A stretch of 37,838 bases of DNA, taken from Catajapyx aquilonaris (Eukaryota). The translations under genes and the position numbers were made by a program. The notes under the pieces are model-generated. The model was not told the DNA's origin and searched no databases. It saw only the letters and a list, made by a program, of their open reading frames with translations. The DNA is taken from positions 1 through 37,838 of the forward strand of contig JYFJ02003765.1 of the NCBI GenBank assembly GCA_000934665.2. The letters run 5' to 3'. Within the stretch, counting starts at the first letter, position 1, and each line of letters opens with the position of its first letter. Positions 1-12,013 of the stretch are shown here, piece by piece.

Positions 1-2097
1 GTGGCAGCACCTCTCGGAGTAAAACAAAAGAAATGAAGTGAGTAGCAAAGATGGCGTAGTGTATCATTCAGCAGTTCCTCGGTCTCCGGACATAACACCT
101 AGCTACCTATAAGTTCAGAACAGTCCGGTAGGGTCGCACATGTCTGTAAATAAAGCCCTGAAATACGCTATCAAGCGGCCACCTTCCGCAAAACACCCCG
201 TCAGGTCCCTATCAGGCGATAAGAGGGGAAGTTTCCAGACCATACTATTTTAAGACCACGATCCCATCACTCCATTAGTAATCAACATACGTTCATATCC
301 TGCTCCATAGGCAACCATTGCAGGTGCGTTTGCCAATCTGCCAGATCTTTCTACAAAAGCGTGTCACGTGTGTTGCCGCGTGTGTCTAGGGGCAGACAAA
401 TATGTTTGGTCGCGTTCCTTGCACCCTAGTCCCTAGATACTTTTCACCTGTACAATGTACATTCTTGTCATGATCTGGGCCAACGATTGCGGTGGTGGCG
501 GCATCGTCCACTAGTATAAAGAACACTCTTCATAGCACACACAGGAACTGACTTTCGATATTCCACAACCAATACCCAATTTTTTAAAATCGCAGAAATG
601 TAGCGTAGATTATAATTATGCTTTCACTTAGTCCACAGGACCGGTACTGTATACAGCACGAAGTTAAGAAAATTGGAAACTTGTTCAGGCAGTTTTTAAA
701 CAAACATTACTCATATTTTTTTTGTATGTATTGTAGAATAACAGTTTAGTGTGAGGTAAAAGGCCTGATGTATGGTGTCGTCGACATAATAAATTATGCA
801 TGTGTATGACTGTGTAATACTGATTAGTCTTATTAGGAGATAACACCATTGAGCCACTATGTCCATGCATGTGCTCTCTATAAACCTATGCATATTCATT
901 GCTACATGTGCTGTACCACATTTCAGTGTACTGTACAGAGCATGTTTTAATACTTACTGATGTTATGACTCACATGGGAAATATTCACTACGATTCAATA
1001 CGTTTCAGCAGAAGAGTAATAAGGGATAGCTAGAACACTGACAGGCATTCGGTAATTATTACTTCACACATACTCGTACATAACTTGATGGGTAACAAAA
1101 AATATTTCAGCTGTTAAATTTTCTGAGCTCTAGCAATAATAGCGACAATGGTTTTTTTTGCGTAAAAATATTCAAATGCACCAGTTAGTTCTTACCGAGT
1201 GACATTTTCTGATTTTCGTGTAAGATTCCACGTTACAAAATAATAACATCAGATGGGGGTCACCTTATACATCGCGATATTACCAAAATTAATATTACTG
1301 ACATTACGGTGAGTTCATACTATTCATGAAATGCTGCAGTTTGTTTTGATAAAAACTGTCATGTTAACAATAAGAGTTCCCTGCTTCTTTGATGGTTAAA
1401 TGCAGCGTTTTAGTAGATTACATTTCATTATACTTTAAATTCAATTATTATTATTTGCAGTGAAACTAAACTAAAATGTTTCATTGGTGTTGTTTTTACA
1501 CGATCTCGTTTAAAGAATAGAGGGATTTTCCTAGACTTACAGTACCTTAAAATATTATTTAAAATCATATTCAATGGTGAATGCCCTTGCACTTACTGTT
1601 AAGTCAAATACCTAGCAATATGTAGCACCTGATTTGAAAATGTCACTATCGCACAAACCATAGTCAGTAGTGTAAACTTGTGAAAGGATATTTATATTTT
1701 GCTCCTTGCAACATCATGTAACCTTTCATCTCTCGAGTTTCATCTTGGACAAAACTCGCACTTCGTATTTTCGTATTTCTTATACCGGTATTGTATTTCT
1801 CAGTGCAAATTTTAACCACATTCTTTGATTAATTGGCAAATACTGTATATATGTAACATACTCAAAAAAGGTTTTTCCAATCCAAACCAGACAATTCAAA
1901 CATCAGCATTTTAGATGTCCTAGCTTTGTTAAACATTGAATCAAGACTTCAAACACTACATTCCTCATGTAACTTTTCCTCTGACCATCACCGAATGACA
2001 AATGCACCGTATAATTAGGCATCCAGGCGTCATAACCATTGTTTGATATGCCCATTTTTTGACCTGATATTTGGAGAGCCTCACAAAATATACGTAC

Positions 2098-3485
2098 TTG
2101 CACTTGCGGGTCGAACAGGCCTGCAGCCAAACCACTCAACATACGCCCGGCCAACAGGTAGGGCAGAGTTGGCGCGAAGGCAATCACAGCCCATGAGATA
2201 GCACATAGCAGCGATCCCATGATGATTGACCCTCTTCTTCCCACCTTGTCTGCTACAAAGCCGCTTAGAAGACAACCTACCATGCTACACAGAGGCATGG
2301 AACTCGCTGAAACGGCCAAAGCCGGAATTGGGCCCAACGCACTCTAGGACGCTCCAGGTTCTCATCCTTTGGCCTCTGCTGGGAATCGAACCCAGATCCA
2401 CACTCAAGAGAGCGTGTGTTTTATCATTAAACTACCGAGGCTTTGGATATCGCGTACTGTACAACTTATTATCAAAAAATGACACTTACCGAACCAAGAT
2501 GCTTCTTCCTCGGTGGCATGGATGTCATTGTTGGGTTTTAGGAGATCAGGTACTGTTACGGCCGAGTAGCCTAACACAGTTCCCACTGTAGTTATGCTGA
2601 TGGTTGCAAAACTGCAGGCCAGAATCTTAAAAATTAAAAATGGTATGCAGCTCAGTATAGAACCGATGAGTCGTTCTACTGGCAACTCTATAGCAGGGGT
2701 GGGCAACCTATACTGCCCGCGAAGACAATTTGTACGGCCCGCGCAAAAAGTTCGGAATTCCTGAAAATTTTGAAAAATTAAAATTGCAAAATTTTATGCA
2801 TGTGCCTTTCTTTTTAATTCTTTTAAATCCACAAAAACATTGTTTTTTTAATTTATACAGGCCATTTTCATTGATATAATAAATTTAGCAAATTTTATCG
2901 ATTCTCAGGCCCAATTTCTCGAACAGTTGTTCAAATGTAAACTCGGTTCAAGTCCGGTTTAATCTCAGTTCAGATGGTTTAATCCCAGTTCAGAGACTCT
3001 GAACTGGGATTAAACCGGACTTGAACCAGGTTTACATTTGAACCACTGTTCAAGAAATCGGGCCTCAGAGAATTTAATGATAATTAATGCAATAAATGTG
3101 AGTTCATTTAAAATGATGTCTATATAATTCCAAACTTTTTAATAAGGTGAAAATTCTTTTGTTAGATGCGGCCCGTCAAATGTTTTAAAATGTCCACCCC
3201 TGCTCTATATATAGAGATATATAGAGATATTCATTTTGGTTCCTATAGGAACCAAAATGAATACCACTAAAACCCGAATTGATGTGATTCACATTAACCC
3301 TACCTGATTTCTTCTGGCCACTTTTCTGGCACTGACCAATGGCTCTAATTCGGAGGCTCTAACTGTCGATAGCTGAATTCCAGAATCGTCTAAACCCCTG
3401 CGAAGTGTTGGAAGGAAGGTTGTAAAGAGACATCCCAATATAGGTAAGTCTCAAATAGACAACCTGATACCACAACTTACTTCAT
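2098..3485 (-). CDS. MFS sugar porter (Tret1/GLUT8-like facilitated sugar transporter), 5' part; exons 3485-3481, 3397-3304, 2625-2490, 2306-2098; remaining exons not found in window
   Basis: GT-AG sites join in frame: ATG AA|gtaagt, cag|G GGT, AAT CAG|gtaggg, aag|ATT, TTC G|gtaagt, cag|CG AGT, CAA|gtacgt. Product MKGLDDSGIQLSTVRASELEPLVSARKVARRNQ-ILACSFATISITTVGTVLGYSAVTVPDL...EEEASWF-ASSMPLCSMVGCLLSGFVADKVGRR...LLAGRMLSGLAAG...PQVQ. Contains MFS motif A (GxxxDKxGRR), the TM4 GR motif and an N-terminal dileucine-like ExxxLV. Confidence 0.9.
2372..2441 (-). mobile_element. tRNA-like sequence (SINE head or tRNA pseudogene) in transporter intron 3
   Basis: Minus strand GCCTCGG-TA-GTTT AATGATA AAAC-A-CACGC TCTCTTGA GTGTG-GAT-CTGGG TTCGATT CCCAG-CAGAGGC folds as a cloverleaf with a good B box, but has an 8-nt anticodon loop and one acceptor-stem mismatch. 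Confidence 0.65.
2694..3202. mobile_element. Non-autonomous hAT (Charlie-like) MITE in transporter intron 2
   Basis: Termini CAGGGGTGGGCA ... TGTCCACCCCTG; 8-bp TSD CTCTATAG (2686-2693) / CTCTATAT (3203-3210); subterminal CGGCCC motifs at both ends. Confidence 0.8.
2908..3064. mobile_element. 157-bp foldback MITE (PIF/Harbinger-like, 3-bp TSD) nested in the hAT MITE
   Basis: Almost wholly palindromic (GGCCCAATTTCTCGAACAG... / ...CTGTTCAAGAAATCGGGCC), flanked by TCA at 2905-2907 and 3065-3067. Confidence 0.8.
3228..3263. repeat. Perfect 36-bp spacerless palindrome
   Basis: TATTCATTTTGGTTCCTA|TAGGAACCAAAATGAATA. Confidence 0.95.
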
Positions 3486-4623
3486 GATGAGCACCGAACA
3501 GAGTGGTCGGACCCGGAGAAAGTTTCGTGGTTTACTGTCCCTAATCTAGTTGGTTTGGTCGTTCAAGAAAACTCTTTAGCAATCCGAGCAGACGCCAGTG
3601 TTTCACCCGGATTAAAAGGGGGTGACGACATTTGAACTCTGTAGCAGTAGGAGGTGGGAGGCGGGCGGGGAATGGTGGAGGGTGGAGGGATATACATTTC
3701 TTCAACCTTTGGGGTGTGAACGACTTCTGGTCTACTTAGCAAACATGGAGAGTATAAATAAGCATTAGTATTGATGTGATTAGGCCAGATAACTTAGTAA
3801 TATGTCTACTCTGAAGTGAATGTGGAAACATGAAAAATGTAATCAACTAATCATGAATGATTCAAAGAGCAATATTGCCTCGAATACCGTACTCCTATCG
3901 AATTACAATACTGAAGGATTGTAAGACCTGCAAGTATACGCATGGGTGTAAAATACTGGTGCTAGATTAATGCTTATTGCGCATATTGGCATAACTTTAT
4001 GTAATCACTGTTAATAAAAATAGTACAGATTAATTCAGCAGTCAATGTCTCCAGCCTTGTGTTAATGTAAATATATAAATTGGAATGCCGGTGACAGGCG
4101 TATGAGATCTGGCTTATGAAGGTAGGTAATCTGCTTAGTATGAAAAAGTGAATAAAATAACCCCTTCGCGCCACGAATGGTTTTGCTTTTAGAGGGCCGG
4201 AGTAAGACTTAAAGTAAGTGTACTGTATTATGGCGAGCCGCCAGTCCTAGGCTTGGCAGACGTTGTAATGGCTATTGCTGGCACATAGCGGGTTCACAGT
4301 TCCCTAGAGATTACTCACGGTGTAGTTGCCTCGCTAGTCAGTCTAGCCCAGAGGCTTTACTAGTCCTATTAATTACACAGGGGATTATAATATTATACAT
4401 ATACCTGTGCAATTTCCGGGAAAGGAAGAAGTGGCGACTCAGGTCCTGAATTACATTTCTCGGGAGACCTCGTCCTCTGGGCATGCAATCTGCATCTCTT
4501 TCCTCCCACTGAGAGGTGGCGATGTGGTGTAGGGTTCGGGCCTCCCCCACACCTAAATGGCATAGTTTGGACCTTGGAGTTGGTTCTTGCTGGACAACAT
4601 GGGAATTGAAATCATGGACTATA

Positions 4624-5047
4624 CAGGGTGTATCTGAACTCAGTGCCCCGACGTATATGACTGCCTTCCTAGCCACCAGAGGATCGATTTAAGTATAGGA
4701 ATCATTATGTTTGGCCGCCGCATTACGGAGATAATTGGCCGCAAACATGTAGTACAAAATATCCTGTCGGTTAGGCCACCCATCGAACCCTCCCCCAGTC
4801 AGAAGGCTCTGGAAGGTATGGGGGCGGGACTTTGTTGGTTTGTTGCCCACAGGTGGTAAGGCCTCTTTGGCTAGTTACACCAGAAAATTCTATTTAAATG
4901 TCAGAAGGAGCGATTAGGCAAAAGTCGCTGAAGAGTGTATCTCCGTAATGCGGCGGCCAAACATAATGATTCCTATACTTAAATCGATCCTATGGTGGCT
5001 AGGAAGGCAGTCATATACGTCGGGGCACTGAGTTCAGATACACCCTG
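4624..5047. mobile_element. Tc1/mariner-type MITE, 424 bp, about 110-bp TIRs
   Basis: TA|CAGGGTGTATCTGAACTCAG... (4624-4733) is the reverse complement of 4938-5047 with one mismatch; TA on both sides. Confidence 0.9.
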
Positions 5048-5304
5048 TATATTGTCCTGTGCATTATAAATAACTTCATGTGCGGATGATACGTATGATA
5101 AAAATATTTTGAAATACTTATTTATATTGTACGAAATTACAACAATACCATTGATTTCAACATATTATTGTTAGTATAACTTTACCAAGTAACTCCTAAC
5201 TACAGTTCATGTGTGCTTTTTAGAATCTGTCTACACGATTGGCAGTGCGTAATCATAACTTCTGCACTTGACAAATCAGTGCAGTCTTTTTTTTTACATT
5301 ATAA

Positions 5305-6058
5305 AAGCCCATTCACACAGGCCGTCGACGGTTTTGGTTTTTGGTCGCGTCGAAGTGCCGATCGAGCTTTTTCCGCTGGTCGGTTTCACACAGGCCGTCG
5401 CGTCGCGTCTCCGGTTTTGGTCTTTGCCGCTAGTGCCTCTGCCGCATACGCGCAGGCAACATGGCGGATGTGGATGTCATTACAGCTGCATACATGCACC
5501 CGCTGGTTTTAATACGCACCCTTCTCGTCCTTCGAAGGAAGAGGAAGCAACGTGAGTTACCGTGCCATTATTTCAAGCGCAGTTTGTACATAAATTCGCT
5601 CGGAACGGCCCTCGAAAGTCGGAACATGTGCAGGACGTGTTTCAGAATGCATTTCTTACCTGGTCTTCCCATCTTTTGCCCACATCGTGCTGTACCACGC
5701 CTTCTCCCGCTTCCCCTTGTTCCGATACTCGGCCTTCTCCACCTCGTAGAGCAGGCTCTACCTCCCCCCTTCGTCGATAAGGGCCTGGTCCCGACCGTCA
5801 TCTACCGTGGCGGCACGCGTGGCGGCACGCGTGGCGGCCATCTTTTTCTCAGATTCCAAGTTGCGCAAGCTGCTCTTCTTTTGTCAGTTTAATGTTTACA
5901 TGAGCTTGGGCTGTGCGCATGCGCGCTGCCCAAGCGCGGCCTCCTATTGGCCGGTCGCAGTTTGAGATCGACCACAACCAAAACCGAAAACAGAAATCAA
6001 CAGATTTGGTCGACGAGACCGAAGACCAAAACCATGGACGGCCTGTGTGAATGGGCCT
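5305..6058. mobile_element. Internally deleted PIF/Harbinger transposon
   Basis: About 50-bp imperfect TIRs (AAGCCCATTCACACAGGCCGTC... / ...GACGGCCTGTGTGAATGGGCCT); TAA TSD at 5302-5304 and 6059-6061; retains remnants of two convergent genes. Confidence 0.85.
5660..5841 (-). pseudogene. MADF/Myb-SANT DNA-binding protein remnant (Harbinger accessory ORF), first exon
   Basis: ATG at 5841: MAATRAATRAATVDDGRDQALIDEGGR*SLLYEVEKAEYRNKGKREKAW..., matching the MADF pattern LIxxVxxxxxLYDxxxxxYxNxxxxxxAW. In-frame TAG at 5758-5760, a probable frameshift after the W, and an AG|GTAAG donor at 5660. Confidence 0.7.
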
Positions 6059-7387
6059 TAATGTGTGCAAAGAGGTATCTCCTACTGCGGAAGACAGTAG
6101 TGTTGTTTTACTATATTATGACATTAATTTTTTTGAAGAGGGGGGGGGGGGGAGGGATTTTCCAGTTCTCATTTGCATGGGCCTCCCATTAAATTAACTA
6201 CAGGCTGCAGTGTGTTCCCCCAAACAGGGTCTGTAAATGAGATGAGTCTTGAGGAAGTCCGAAGAATGTTTTTCTTGGGTACTGCATTTGTGTTATAGTG
6301 CGAAGGATATGATACGAGGATTTGCATTTGAAAGTGGCCTATTTGCTTTTAAATTAATTCTGTCACTAACCAGTATTTCTCTCGCTTTATGTCTTGGCCA
6401 AAATGTTCATCATAACTTTCACACCTATCATATGGATATTTTACGAATGATTCCCACAGTTTTGAAAACGTTACATATTGGTTATTCACAGTGCAAGAAA
6501 CAAGTTTGCTGAAAAAATGAAATGAAAATGTCAATTTAGAAAGCGCTATTTTTATTACACTAATATAATACTGCATTTTTAGTTTTACCAATTCTTACAG
6601 TATAAAGTATATAAACGATCCCGTGTAGATTGCGATCGACTTTTCTGAAATATGCCTTTGCGCATACTGTATAGTTTTATAACCATCGAAATATTTTGCT
6701 GTCAGCTTTGTGTCAAACTCTCTTTGATGTGACAGCTGTACAGTGAGCTGAATACTCATGCTATTCGTTGTTAGAGTTCTTTTTTTCTTCTTCACGGTTC
6801 AGTAAGCCTTTTACTTGTTCCAGAGCTTGAATCTTCGATCTCACGAGTGAATGCTTTGCATATAACCCCGCGCAGCAGCATCTCTCTGTGCTTGACAATA
6901 ATATTAGAGTATAGCTTTTTATGATAAGTCTCAAAGCACTTCTTGCATCAATGAAAATGCAAATAATTTTCTAACTTAACTGAAATATCCGTATAAGCCT
7001 GACTTTTAGGAGGAGCCTTTGTGCAGGACAAATGGTTGTAAGTCTTTGAGCAAAATAAAAGCAGGAGTATTTTTTAAATGCTGCCATGGAAAGCCCTTTT
7101 TTCATTGAATATAGAATCTAGGAAACTTCTTATAGTGTCGGCATTCATTCCTTTCATTCACAAGTACATTTATGGCCATCACGGCATCACCCCTTGCTGT
7201 TTTATTAACAATGAAGTCAGTATTCAACTCTTTCTCTCCCTTCATCTCGCTATTCCCTATACCCCCTGCAGCAGCTCCTGAATTGATCTGATAGGAATTT
7301 TAAGGGGGAACGGCCAATAAAAATATAAAATTAAAGTCTACTAGAGAATTTGCCGTAATTTAGTGATTAACAACTTATATTTTAATA

Positions 7388-7967
7388 CTAGAAGGATACT
7401 TGGCGTTGCCGGGGTTATAAAATACTTTTCCATTGGAGTAACTCATTGATTTTGTTGTTACTGCAACATGCCCAGTCTTACAGCCTAAAACCGGTCGGTA
7501 TTTAAAGCACCAGGTCGAACCCTGGGCCTTCCCCGAGGCCGTAACTGGACCGTGCCACTGTGTCTAGGATAAAAATGGAATAAGATCAAACCATTGCCGA
7601 ATAAACTGTTGAAAATTGATGAAAAGAACCGGCGTTCGATTTGGAACGGTTTCTGGGAGATGGCGAGCCAGAAGTAACAATCGCTCACAATCGCTGCTTT
7701 GGCTGCTTTGGGAAGTATAGCTATAATATAACTGTTGGCGATGAGGGTATTATCTGAGTGATAAACGTGATGGGACCTTATGGGGACATGGTATTTCGCC
7801 TCATACGGCCAAGGATGACCTCGGAGGTCACGTTCAATGCGCTAAAAACCTTCCCCGTTAAAAACTACCCCTAATGATCATCCTGCGGCATACCTCGAGG
7901 CTTCCGTATTGATTTGCATCGGGAACATACGTTGTGTTACGGTTTTGTGTCATTTTTATTATAATAG
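7388..7967 (-). mobile_element. Probable non-autonomous Helitron
   Basis: On the minus strand it starts CTATTATAATAAAAATG and ends with a degenerate GC hairpin (CCCCGGCAACGCCAAG) followed by ...CTAG|T; no TSD. The canonical 5' TC is not intact. Confidence 0.5.
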
Positions 7968-9893
7968 CCTATAATAAATATTGTTCTCTCTGTTTCCAGC
8001 TAGAATACATGTTTTAGTCCATGTTTAACCCACATTCAATGTGCGCAAACCATATTTTAAAAATTTACTTCAACGCTTTGACACCAGCGCACACATTCAT
8101 AATTCAGGCTTGAAAATAATAATACCGCCCCCCCCCCCCNCCCCCCCCAACTTCCCATAATAGAAGGTTTTATACTGCATTTCCAAATATGATTAAAACT
8201 CATCGTGATTTTTTAGCAAGTATGAACGATTCATGGAAATAACAAAATAAAAATGCTATTATTGTAGAGAACGAAACTGGTAGTTGACAGCCTATTAACG
8301 TAATTAATTGGGATCCAAACCTCGCGTGACGCTCAATGATATTTGAAACAATACAAATCCGGGCTCCATCACATTTTAATGAAAATTACTTGAAAATGAG
8401 TTCTATGTTCCGCATAAGCGCAGTTGATAAAACAACAAAGTGGGACGTAGGCTGTGCATAATTGCCCTGATTTTCACGGCTACATTGGCAGTCCTACATA
8501 TGAATACAGTTTGTTATTTAAAAAGCAGTAAAATATTAATTAACCATGCATCACATACCGACGCATACAATTCATGCAATTCATTACACTTTATGCTCCC
8601 ACAATGATGTTTTTGGAAAATTAAAATGGGTCGAGCCGAAAGGTTTTTCAACCGCATAATTTTAAATGTCATAGAACATAATTATGCAATAATTAACATA
8701 TTTAGGACATTTGCAGAATATCATACTCTGGTATAGTGTCTGGACACTGGACAGTATCCGAATAATATCTGAAAAGCCTTTTGAGGGATTTACGTCAGAA
8801 GCAGCAGGTTATTCACCAACCCCGTCGGGTCTTCGCTCTTTAACCCATGACACACAGGAAATCAAGTGAACTGAAGAACAAGGGCTCTTAAGCCGCGGCT
8901 TATGAAAATATCACCCTCACAGGATGAAGTGTGGAGAGCTCATTCATAATACATGATGAGTGTCTTAACCCCTCCGAATTGAATTTCCCGAGTATAGGCC
9001 TTATACTGCACGGCAGTAATGCCCTCTCTCGCAAATACAAGTAGTAGCACACATGTGTGGACCTATACACGAACACATGACATGCACGCCTTTCAGTGGT
9101 GTCCTTTGCGGCAGCGGCAGTTTGTTTTTCAGCCAGATGTTGCCTCACTGTATCTCCTAAGGGACTATGGGTTGCTCCAGAGGGATTACATCTCTCAAGG
9201 TTTCGCTTCCTGGACACCACTTTACTTGATCAGTCATGGTTTTTTAAACCCTCTTTGTGCAATCCTAGAAGCACTAGACGTCATGCGCAGGTGTGACTGT
9301 CACAGCAGTAAAAGATGTGCTTAGCGGTTGTATGTAATGGATGACGTGTGTTAAGGTATTACAGAGGTGGGTTAATCGTACTATAGTCATTTATGTGAAT
9401 AAGTGCAACTGCACACTAAAGTGACTATACAAAATGAAGCAATGTAGTAATAGCCTACTTAATTCATATGCAGTTTCTTGTTCTAGAGGCCACCATTCCT
9501 TAAACAAGTGTAGTTGTGAGAAATGTTCAGACGCCTACTGGTGATCACTGACGAAAGTTTTTAACAAGGGAACATCGCGACGTGAGAATAATGAAAGCAC
9601 ACCTCATCCTGCTCAGTATAGGCAACCAGACGCACAGCTTCTGATAAAACTACCACCTGACGCATGGCACCGATGCAGTACAGTACACTTGCACTGTTCT
9701 TAAGGTCTGTTTCCACTGACACAATACTTTTGTCCCGTATAAAAATTTGGCAGGTTAAAATATTTGTAGCAAAACTTTTGTTGACTGTAGATTTCTAAAG
9801 GCAGTTTCAACTGGCCAATTTTATGAACCAGTCGCAGTCTTTGGAGTAAGTCTATTGTCTATCGAAACTCTATCACGCATGAGAAGTTTCGCT

Positions 9894-9968
9894 GTCCGAC
9901 TCGGGGACTGAACCATGGATCTCGGTGGTGAAGGGGCTGTGGCGATAACTACTACACCACAGTCAGAC
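9894..9968 (-). mobile_element. Degenerate tRNA(Glu)-like SINE head
   Basis: Minus strand GTCTGAC...GTCGGAC acceptor-like pairing, A-box-like TGGTGTAGTAG, CTTCACC anticodon-like region, B-box-like GGTTCAGTCC. Confidence 0.45.
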
Positions 9969-10013
9969 TGTTCCAATTTACTAAGTAAAGAGTGGAAATA
10001 ATATGCGTCTCTA

Positions 10014-10014
<1 letters not shown>

Positions 10015-10071
<57 letters not shown>

Positions 10072-10351
10072 TCATACCCCGTTATCAGCAGCCTATCGGC
10101 TCTTTAGGGGGGAAGTTTTGTTTTGCCTGGAACTCTTTGCTTTCATTTTACTGCGCTTTTTGGGATAGGATAGGGACGGAAGGAAGCGGCTGTGGCCTAT
10201 TAATTACGGAAACAACTCCTGAATTTTCCTGGAAGGACCGTGGGAAACCACAAAAAACCACGGTCAGAGTTGCTGGCCCCCGGGATTTGATCCCAGGACC
10301 TCCCGATTAGCAGTCGGACACATATCCCCTACTCCAAACTGCTTCGGTCAC
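10015..10351 (-). mobile_element. tRNA-derived SINE (family A) with (TTA)n tail
   Basis: 12-bp TSD ATGCGTCTCTAA (10003-10014, 10352-10363); B-box-like GGGATCAAATCCC; first about 185 nt align with the SINE at 29616-30032; AAT microsatellite at about 10016-10071 is its tail. Confidence 0.9.
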
Positions 10352-11626
10352 ATGCGTCTCTAAGTACAAGTACCGTATTTTATTAAATTTAATCTTAATT
10401 AACTTGAAATAAATTGTAGAGTTCTTCTGGCAATGTGTACGGAAGCCTTCTTGGAATCTGAATTGGACGGACACAATAAACACAATGAATTTTTACGAAT
10501 TATTCGGAAAAATTCAAAACTTAAAAACTTATACTTTGGACCTCGTTTTTAGTCATTTTTGGCCTTTGTCCAATTATTTGGGATTGTCCCGAATTTTTTG
10601 CCAATGGTAACATGCCTTGAGCATCAGGTTGTATTGGACAAAAAAGCGTAGGGACTGAAAGTGGGTTGTCCAAAAGGAGAGTGAGGGTGTTTAATGTCGC
10701 CCACACGTCATTAATGAATTCAGTGTGCCTCGATATACTAAATCCCTTCCATTTTACACTACCCTTACTTTAGATCTAGGAATCCTTGGATGACATTATT
10801 AGGGAATTCCAGCGTTAAAACTAATACACCGCAGAACTCTGTTTAACAAGACAACTGAAAAGAAAAATTTAATTTTTTTGCCACAATCATCTCTACATCA
10901 TTATGCAATACATTTAGTTCATCATTTTAAACATCTTCTGAGGACATTTACAATCAAAATGGAAAACTGTTGATATACGATGGCGCTAGGACAGAAAATA
11001 ATGATCTCAGATTGATTGACTCTATACTTGTATTTTATTCTGTGTAATTGCAATACCTTATACTGAACTCATAATTACGAAAACCATCCGGCCCCTTCTG
11101 TACGATCCTCACTGATTGTTGATGGAAAGATTATATCGTATAGTTCTTCCAAAAGAAGGCAGAAAGTCATTTCACTTGACACCACATTAAATTAATATTT
11201 TCCCCAGCCTATCTATAGAACCTGCTGGTTGTCTTCTTGAAGAGAAGGGAATTAATGTTATTATTATTTTTGGTCAGATATAAATTCCAATGTGAACTTA
11301 GGACAATGAGTGCCGTAGTGTGCCGTAACTGTGTAGGCTACTGTATCCTACTTTATTTTAAGCTGCTGCTAGTATGATGATATTTTTTTTTACTGAAATG
11401 TACGGTACCCATGCTCTCGCCATAGCAGTGCTGACACCTTTCTATTGGAAACAGGCAACAAGCTGCAGAGAGGTGACGTTCTGAGCTCCATCTCTGTTTT
11501 GGTCCATAGACTACTGCGAGAAGGCACGTTCTACTTAGCTACCTCACGCAGCATTTAAGCAAGTCATGGGCGGCATTTAAAAATATTCTTTGGAACTCGC
11601 TGGCCACTTGCTCTGGATGTACAGTA

Positions 11627-11770
11627 CTATGGAGCTCCAATTGTTTTGGCCACTTTATCTTGGTCTTGAAGCAGCCCTTCGCACAGGCCCCACAGTGAGG
11701 AGGGGTGTGTGTGTGTGAAGGGTTGCTTCAAGACCAGGATAAAGTGGCCAAAACAATTTGAGCCCCATAG
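11627..11770. mobile_element. 144-bp foldback MITE with TA TSD
   Basis: About 58-bp imperfect TIRs CTATGGAGCTCCAATTGTTTTGGCCACTTTATC... / ...GATAAAGTGGCCAAAACAATTTGAGCCCCATAG, TA on each side. Confidence 0.8.
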
Positions 11771-11881
11771 TATACTGTACCATACAGTATATCATGCAAC
11801 CCAGCCAGAACCCTGTCTCTATATTATATGTAACTTTATAACCACTCCAGAAATTTTCTGCTACTGAATGAAAGTACAGAG

Positions 11882-12013
11882 CAAGGGGTTAACCACTTTG
11901 GTACTCCGCTGTACACCTGCAGCTGCAGTGGTACTCACAGGTACTCCTTAGGTACCTTACTCTTTGGTACCCCAGTGTACACTAATCTTTACAGTGGAGT
12001 GGTTAACCCCTTG
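11882..12013. mobile_element. MITE with 8-bp TSD (P- or hAT-like), copy 1
   Basis: 16-bp perfect TIR CAAGGGGTTAACCACT; TSD GTACAGAG at 11874-11881 and 12014-12021; internal GGTACTC repeats; homologous to 28909-29061. Confidence 0.9.

Noticed and set aside
8127..8148. Poly-C tract containing an N
   Set aside because: Homopolymer with assembly ambiguity; no interpretable function.
9821..10075. Poly-tyrosine ORF
   Set aside because: Translation of the (TTA)n SINE tail.
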